64,000 nucleotides of DNA from assembly GCA_937862885.1 (NCBI GenBank), contig CALMEE010000121.1:66373-130372 (forward strand), in the 5' to 3' direction. Position numbers and translations under genes: made by a program. The stretch's first letter is position 1. Each line of letters begins with the position of its first letter. Positions 56,976 to 64,000 of the stretch are shown piece by piece. The stretch comes from an uncultured Planctomycetaceae bacterium (GTDB lineage Bacteria; Planctomycetota; Planctomycetia; Pirellulales; Pirellulaceae). A model generated the notes under the pieces. It made no database searches. It was not told the origin of the DNA and saw nothing but the letters and a program-made list of their open reading frames with translations.

Positions 56976-57225
56976 ATAGGCAAACAGATGCGTCGTGAGT
57001 TGACCGTCGGATAGACGAACGACGGCTGTTGCACCGGCCAGCAACGAACTCATCTTGAAGCTCTTGATGTGTTACAGGGCGTTTACATCTCTCACTTTTG
57101 CTGTGCGGCAGCCGTGGGTGAATTACCGTTCAAGAGTGGCTTGCTCCTCGTCTCCGTCCACAAAAAAACCCGACCTCCGAAGAAGCCGGGCAAATTCAAA
57201 ATGGAAATTTGGTCTTGATACGCGA

Positions 57226-57999
57226 TTACTTGCGACGTCGACGTGCCACGAGACCCATTCCAAATAATCCGAGCAGAGGAGCAATCATGGTAGGCTCAGG
57301 AATAGCTACGCCGTTCACAAGGAAAGGCAGGCCAGTCTGTACTGTCGGACCGTCCAAAATATTGAACGGATACGTCAAGCCACCATCTTGTGATTGAATG
57401 GCATTTCCGGGAACCACGTCTACAGTGCTGCTTAGAACCGGTGTAAAGTTCGTACCGGTGTAGTTGAAGTCCACCCAATACGTGCCGGGACCAAGATTGA
57501 TGTTCAATCCGCCTGCGGTTAGAAACTGAATTCGACGGGTATTGCCAGCTGTATCTGCGGCGGTCGTTCGAAACACACCAAGTCCAGATGGTCCATCAAG
57601 CCAACCTGTGGAGGTCATAACGTTCGTGGTTGTGTCCCCCCAGATAACGGTTCCGGTGCCAGGAGTGCCACTCCAAATTCGCAACGTTAATCCCGTTGCC
57701 GTAGGTGCTCCAGCACCTGTCGTGTACGCATAGAACGTAAAGCTGTCAATAATTGACAATGGTGCAGTCAACTGGAAATCGTCGGCCAGTCGAAGCGTAG
57801 GACCTGCCCCACCAGTACCGAACAACGAACCTCCCGGACTAATTGCACTACGGTCCGCCCCAGCAGCCGCCCCGGTCATTCCACCAGGATGGGTAATGAA
57901 AGGACCATTGTCCCAGAGCACATCCGCGTTCACAGCCTGTGCACACCACATGGCAATCGCGATTGCTCCAATCACACCAAAAATTTTTCGCATAGACAT
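57226..57999 (-). CDS. PEP-CTERM sorting-domain protein
   Basis: Start MSMRKIFGVIGAIAIAMWCAQAVNA with a GGGGAGGGGG ribosome-binding site. C-terminal VAIPEPTMIAPLLGLFGMGLVARRRRK. The protein is Gly/Thr-rich. Confidence 0.7.
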   Translation of the reverse strand: MSMRKIFGVIGAIAIAMWCAQAVNADVLWDNGPFITHPGGMTGAAAGADRSAISPGGSLFGTGGAGPTLRLADDFQLTAPLSIIDSFTFYAYTTGAGAPTATGLTLRIWSGTPGTGTVIWGDTTTNVMTSTGWLDGPSGLGVFRTTAADTAGNTRRIQFLTAGGLNINLGPGTYWVDFNYTGTNFTPVLSSTVDVVPGNAIQSQDGGLTYPFNILDGPTVQTGLPFLVNGVAIPEPTMIAPLLGLFGMGLVARRRRK

Positions 58000-58831
58000 A
58001 CCCCCTCCCCAAAGGCTCACCTTGGGGAAAAAAAAGGACAACATAAACAACTCCAACCATTTTCCCAGCGCAATTAGCTGCGCAGACGTATTTTCTAGTA
58101 AAACTGATATGACTTGAAGCGTCAAGAGTACAAATAGGCAAAATACGAGTTTTCGGCAAAATCTTATGTTGTCCCATATCCAGGGCGTTCGACCATCGCG
58201 TACCGCCTAAATTGCAGTCTGGTAGACGTATTTAACGACACATAGGCGCGAACCCAGAACTACCGCAAAAGTCCTGCACTTTTTAAATTGAGAGCAGCTC
58301 GAGGACTTCGGAATCCCAGCGAGTGTCCATTCACCAATTCCCATTTCCGATGAAAACACTGCAAGCCGATATTGCGTGTTGCGTGCGCTCGTTGTTTTCA
58401 TCGTATCAACAGTTGTCCCTGTAAGACCATGACGGATTTCCATCATTTTTTAATGATCTCTTACCAAGCCGCAGTTCGCGGTCTCCACCGTAGGACAAAC
58501 CAACTAATGTGACAATTCGTATGAATTGGTGGATGTCCTCTCGGGTTACGTCTACTCATTTCTCAGCTCAGGGTTTTTTGCAGGAATTGCCAAGTACCTT
58601 CAAAAATAGTGATAATATTTTCGGATGCTGAACGTCAGATTACTTGTCTCGCCTCTCGCCACTTCTAATTCGTAGATTATCGTTTGCCCAATCCGTCGAG
58701 CGACTTCGCAATGCTGTGGTAAAAACGATTTCGGGGGAACAGTCCTCGGTTTTGGTGTTTAATTCTCGTACAATGGCGGTATGCCAGAGTTCAATTCACA
58801 AATTTGCTAGAAATTGACCAGGAAAGAAATT

Positions 58832-61800
58832 TATGAAGTTCATCGTTGTTTCGGCGGCATTAGCTTGTTTGATCGGCGCGGTTACCTGGTCCAACCTTTC
58901 AAAATCGGTGACGATTGACGATCGTGACAAACTCTGGCAAGAGGTCGAGCAAGCTCAAAATCAAGGATTACCACAAACGGCCATGGAATTACTCAAACGA
59001 ATTTATGAGAGTGCAAAACAAGCCGAGGCATATCCCGAAGCGACAAGGGCTATCTGTTATCTCTGGAACATGGAGGGCCAGGTTCAGGAGGGCGATCCAT
59101 CCAGCTATGTCGTCAATAAACTTCGCGTCGAACTTGAATACCAACCTGTCGCGATGCACCCCATTCTAAAAGTCATACTCGCGGATTGGATGTACACCTA
59201 TTACAACAACTATCGCTGGCAATTCGTGAATCGCACGCGCACGGAGCTTCAGCCTGGTGAAGACATCAGAAGCTGGGATGGGCCTCAGTTACTTGCTGAA
59301 TGTGACCGTTTGTTCACGTCTGTACTCGCCGACGCGGAAGAACTGAAAAAGATTCGCATCGAAGATTATTCAGCGATTTTGGTCCAAGGAAATATGCCTG
59401 AAACTTATCGCCCGACAGTCTTCGACTTTATCGCCTACCAGGCACTAAGTTTTTACAAGCTGGACGAACAATTCACACGCGCCACTAATGCCTTTGATCT
59501 TCCAGCAAGCAGCCCCATTTTTGCGGAAGCCAACGAATTCTTGGCATGGAAACCAGAATCGGAGGATCAAGATTCGCGCTTGCTCAAGGCGATTGCCATC
59601 TATCAACAACTCTTGACGTTCCATCAAGCTGACGAAGACCGATCGGCATGGCTTGCAGCAGACTTGGATCGGCTTAAGTTTGGAGACAACGAAGCGTTTG
59701 GTTCGGAGAAGACGGCCCGTTATCAAGCTGCCTTAGAACGATTCATCGAAGCCAATTTAGGTCACGAAACGTGTTCATTAGCCATATATGAGCTTGCCAC
59801 GATTGTTCACGGTACCGGGGATTGGGTCAAGGCGCATGAAATCGCGTCGCGCGGTTTAGCACTTCACCCAACATCCAAGGGGGCCAGTGCATGCTTCAAC
59901 CTAATTCAAACCATCGAAGCAGTAGAAGTCACGATCACCTGCGAACGCGTCTGGAATGAACCTGCCTCCCAGATCGAGTTTTCGTACCGCAACTTGGAAA
60001 AGGTCTTTTTTCGATTGTGCAAAGCCCCAGATTACGCTGAGCAGATTACGGGACCACGCGCCAACACGGAGTATTTGGATCACGATCAACTTGTGGCACT
60101 GATTTCTTCGCGGCCAACCGCCAGTTGGTCAGAGACATTGGAAAAAACAGCCGACTATAAAATGCGATCAGCCGCCAGCGACATTCCCGTAGACATCGTT
60201 CCCGGTCGCTATTATTTGTTGGCGAGCCTGAATGAAAACTTTGCAGATGCGCTAAACGTTGTGGCTCACGTACAAATCTGGGTGAGCAATTTGGCCTTAG
60301 TAATGCGCACTGGAGAAAGCAGTAATTCAATCGATGGCATTGTAACGGACGCAAAGTCCGGTTTGCCAATTGCCAACGCCAAAGCGACAGCCTGGCATTA
60401 CAACAACCGTGCCAATCGGTGGGAAGTTGCTGGCACCGTCAATACTGGCGAGGACGGATTGTTTACCATTCCGCGAAAGCTCGATTCGATGCATCTCGTC
60501 CTGGTGTCACATGGCCAACATCAATTGGCCATTCAAGGGGGGATCTACATGTACCGCGGCTATCAAGAGCCGCAATCGTCGACGCGAACCCACTTGTTTA
60601 CTGACAGGGCAATCTACCGCCCTGGCCAAACCATCTATTTTAAAGGGATCAGTATCTCAGCCGATCCGGCTAAGAACAACTATTCGGCCATGCCGAATCG
60701 ATCATTTAAGTTGGAACTGCGCGACCCGAACCAACAAGTCATTCAAACCTTGGATGTGCGTACTAACGAATTCGGATCGTTTCATGGCAATTTCACTGCA
60801 CCGCACGGGAGTGTTACCGGCCAATTTTATATGAGTGTCAATGGGGGCCCAAATGGTTACCAGACGATCCGCGTTGAAGAGTACAAACGACCTAAGTTTT
60901 ATGTCAAGCTAGAGACACCTGAACAAGCGACTCGTTTGGATCAACCTGTTGAGATAACCGGCAAGGCGACTGCCTATACAGGGGCCGCCATCGATGGCGC
61001 CGAAGTGCGCTGGAAAGTGACACGCAACGTACGCCTGCCGCAATGGTGGTATTGGCGTTGTTTCTGGTTCCCGCCGCTCCCCGGCGATTCGCAGGAAATT
61101 GCCTATGGTACGACGACAAGCGAAATTGACGGTTCATTCAAAATCAACTTCGTGGCGCAACCTGATCGCACGGTACCGCGCGAAAGCGAGCCGATTTTTA
61201 CCTACACCATCTCGGCAGACGTTGTCGATCGCACGGGTGAAACCCGCTCGGATATAACTAGCGTACGTGCTGGTTACACGACGATGACGGCCAAGATTCA
61301 CATTGACGAATTTCAAACGATCGAAAAACCTGTTGAGATTCAACTTTCAACCAGCACGCTCAACGATTCACCGCTACCATCCGCAGGAAAGCTGAAACTG
61401 CTTCTGCTGAAACAGCCTGAAAAGCCGCAGCGTTCAAAATTACAAGCGAATCGTTACTGGGGCTGGGATACCTCTAACTTGGAAATGACTTCGGCACAAA
61501 TCGATTTGAGCGACTACAAGACGTGGCCGGAAGAGCGTCTTGTATCCGAAACCGAAGTCGAAATCGATGCATCGGGCAAGCTGACCAAAACCTTCGAACT
61601 TGCGACAGGTGCCTACCGGATTATTTACGAATCTGCGGACGAATTTGGGGAAAAGGTATCCGCGGAATTTCCGTTTTTGGTGATCGATCCCAGCGCCAAA
61701 CAATTTGCCGTGAAGATTCCGAGTTTGTTTGATGCCCCTTCCTGGAAAATCGAACCAGGAAATGACTTCACGGCAGTTTGGGGAACAGGCTATGAAAGTG

Positions 61801-64000
61801 GCCGTGCGTTTGTACAACTCACGCACCGAGGCAAGTCGTTGCAAGCGTACTGGACCGATGCTGAATCGACTCAGACTACAATCAAGCAAGCCGTGACGGA
61901 AGAAATGCGCGGTGGTTTTCAAGTGCACGTAACCTACGTCCGCGAGAACCGAGCGTACACCTACACTCGCAAAGTTGAAGTCCCCTGGAGCAACAAAGAG
62001 TTGAATGTCCGATGGGAACGCTTTGTTTCCAAGTTGACGCCGGGCGCCAAAGAGACTTTCGCGATCGTCATCAGTGGCACTGATTCGCAGCGGGTGGCGG
62101 CGGAACTGGCGGCAACACTCTACGATGCTTCGCTCGATGCGTTCGTTAACCATGCATGGCAAAGCTCGTTCAGCGTATTTTATCAGGATTACTCCAGGCT
62201 AAGCTTCGGGTTTCAAAATCAATTGCTGACTCTGAATCCACACGATCAACAGCGACAGGCCAACTATCGCGATGCGTCGATCATCCATCGCTATTTTGAC
62301 CAACGGGTACTCCCCTATTCATATTTTGGTCAAGGACAATCGGGATGGGGTGGAGCAGGAGGAGCCAAGCACTCACCCTTTATGAATTTAGGAGCCGCTC
62401 CTGCAGCCATGGGGAGGGACGGGATTGATAGCCTAGAGATGGCCGTTCCGAGAAGAAGCATGGCCGCTGCGGGCCGCTTTGATGAAAGCGCGGGCATCTT
62501 GGCAGATGGAGATATGGCGAAAAACGACGAAGCCAACGCGGCAGCGGCCTACGCCGAAGCGGAAGCTGCAGTAGCTGACGTCGACTTAGGGTCGGTCGCG
62601 ACTCGCGTCAACTTACAGGAGACCGCCTTCTTCTTCCCGAGCTTGACCACATTAGAGGATGGCAGCGTGCGATTGGAATTTACGATGCCCGAAGCGTTAA
62701 CCAAGTGGAAATTCCTGGGCTTCGCCCATGACGTCAATTTGCGTGCCGGACTATTGGTTGACGAACTGATCACGAGTAAGGATCTGATGGTTCAGCCCAA
62801 CCCGCCGCGCTTTTTGCGTGAAGGTGACAAACTGGCTTTTTCCGTGAAGGTAACGAATAAATCGGCGACACGACAAACTGGCAAGGCGCGATTAGCGTTT
62901 ACGGATGCCCGCACTGATGAAAGCCTCGACAGTCTGTTTAACAATCGGCAATTAGAACAGTCGTTTGACCTACCGGCAGAACAGTCAACCAGCTTGCATT
63001 GGACCATCGAAATACCAGACTACACTGGGGTGATTGTGTACAAAGCCGTTGCGGCAACTGAACGCGTTTCCGATGGAGAAGAGGGAATGCTTCCCGTATT
63101 GTCTCGTCGAATCCTGGTCAACGAGTCGTTGCCCCTGCCAATTCGCGGTGCACAGACAAAGTCGTTCGAATTTGAACGCTTACGGAATTCGGGCGAATCG
63201 GATACTTTGCAGTCCCAATTGGTCACGGTGCAGATGACGTCAAATCCAGCTTGGTACGCTGTCATGGCGTTGCCTTATCTGATGGAATATCCGTACGAAT
63301 GCAGCGAGCAAGTTTTCAACCGCATGTACGCGAACGCGCTTGCCCAACATATCGCCAACAGCGATCCGCGGATCCGCCGTGTGTTTGATCAATGGCGGGG
63401 TACCGCTGCGCTGGATAGCCCGCTAAAGAAGAACAGGGATTTGCTCAATGTGGTGATTGAAGAAACTCCTTGGTTACTCAGTGCCGTGAAGGAAACCGAC
63501 GCTCGAAACAACGTAGGCGTTCTTTTTGACACCAACCGCCTGCAAGATGAAATCGATCGGTCGCTACAGAAGTTACGGGAAATGCAGCATGAGGATGGAG
63601 CATGGCCATGGTTCCCAGGTGGCCGCGGCAACGATTATATAACCTTGTACGTGATCACGGGTTTTGGCCGTTTGAAGCACATGGGTGTAATCAGCGACGA
63701 TTCCCTAGCCATCAATGCTTTAAGTCGTATCGACGGCTGGTTGAATGAACGCTACCAAAACCTGCTCAAGAGTAAGCGGAATTTGGAGGAATTCAATTTA
63801 GACGCGACGATTTGCTTGTACTTGTATGGCCGCAGCTTTTTCAAAGAACATCCGATCGATCCGGCTGCCAGCACTGCCTTCAAGTATTACATGGGTCAAG
63901 CGAAAAAGTATTGGCTCAGCGTGGGACAGCGACAATCGCAAGGACAGTTGGCGATCGGTCTAAAACGCTTCGGCGACTTAGACACGCCCAAAAAGATCAT
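58832..64000 (+). CDS. Alpha-2-macroglobulin-family protein (bacterial A2M); the 3' end lies beyond the window
   Basis: AGGAAAGAAATTT-ATG. Signal peptide MKFIVVSAALACLIGAVTW. The ORF continues uninterrupted for more than 1720 codons to the window end. The thioester region YLMEYPYECSEQVFNRMYA (CxEQ) is followed downstream by WPWFPGGRGNDYITLYVI, typical of the A2M TED domain. It is missing from the track because it runs off the edge. Confidence 0.8.

Noticed and set aside
1-64000. Search for mobile elements, prophage genes, rRNA/tRNA and toxin-antitoxin pairs
   Set aside because: I recognised no integrase, transposase, recombinase, phage structural or tRNA-like sequences by eye. The only MITE-like candidate is reported as a finding (24186-24410). 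tRNA absence is not proven without a covariance-model scan.

Overview
This 64 kb window looks like chromosomal DNA from a Planctomycetota (Pirellulaceae-like) genome. Several hallmarks support that: two DUF1559 proteins with prepilin-type N-terminal methylation motifs, two PEP-CTERM proteins, ECF sigma factors paired with a Ser/Thr kinase and an RskA-like anti-sigma factor, an orphan rsmH outside any dcw cluster, and a metal ABC transporter whose permeases are fused to DtxR-like domains (the Chlamydia YtgCR architecture). I supported roughly 40 protein-coding genes from the six-frame track and my own reading of both strands. Two genes run off the window edges and are absent from the track. I found no rRNA, tRNA, CRISPR array, integrase or transposase. 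The most unusual locus is a co-directional, tightly spaced three-gene cluster at 33649->25512 on the minus strand: an NfeD-like gene (yqiJ-like), a flotillin/SPFH gene (yqiK-like), then a giant 1785-aa protein with one classical AAA-type ATPase module near its C-terminus. I could not assign that protein to any characterised family, and it is my best candidate for an undescribed membrane-microdomain-associated system. Other points of interest: a tandem pair of paralogous double-anchored membrane proteins followed by a clan-CD (C25/gingipain-like) peptidase; a Wzm/Wzt-type glycan exporter followed by a sulfotransferase; a 37-bp perfect palindrome over the start codon of an XRE-family regulator; a 36-bp tandem repeat whose core 12-mer recurs in a second, inverted-repeat-rich intergenic region; and a partial alpha-2-macroglobulin gene with a CSEQ thioester variant. 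The track's start coordinates often use TTG/GTG, so I moved several starts to the nearest in-frame ATG that has a ribosome-binding site or signal peptide.
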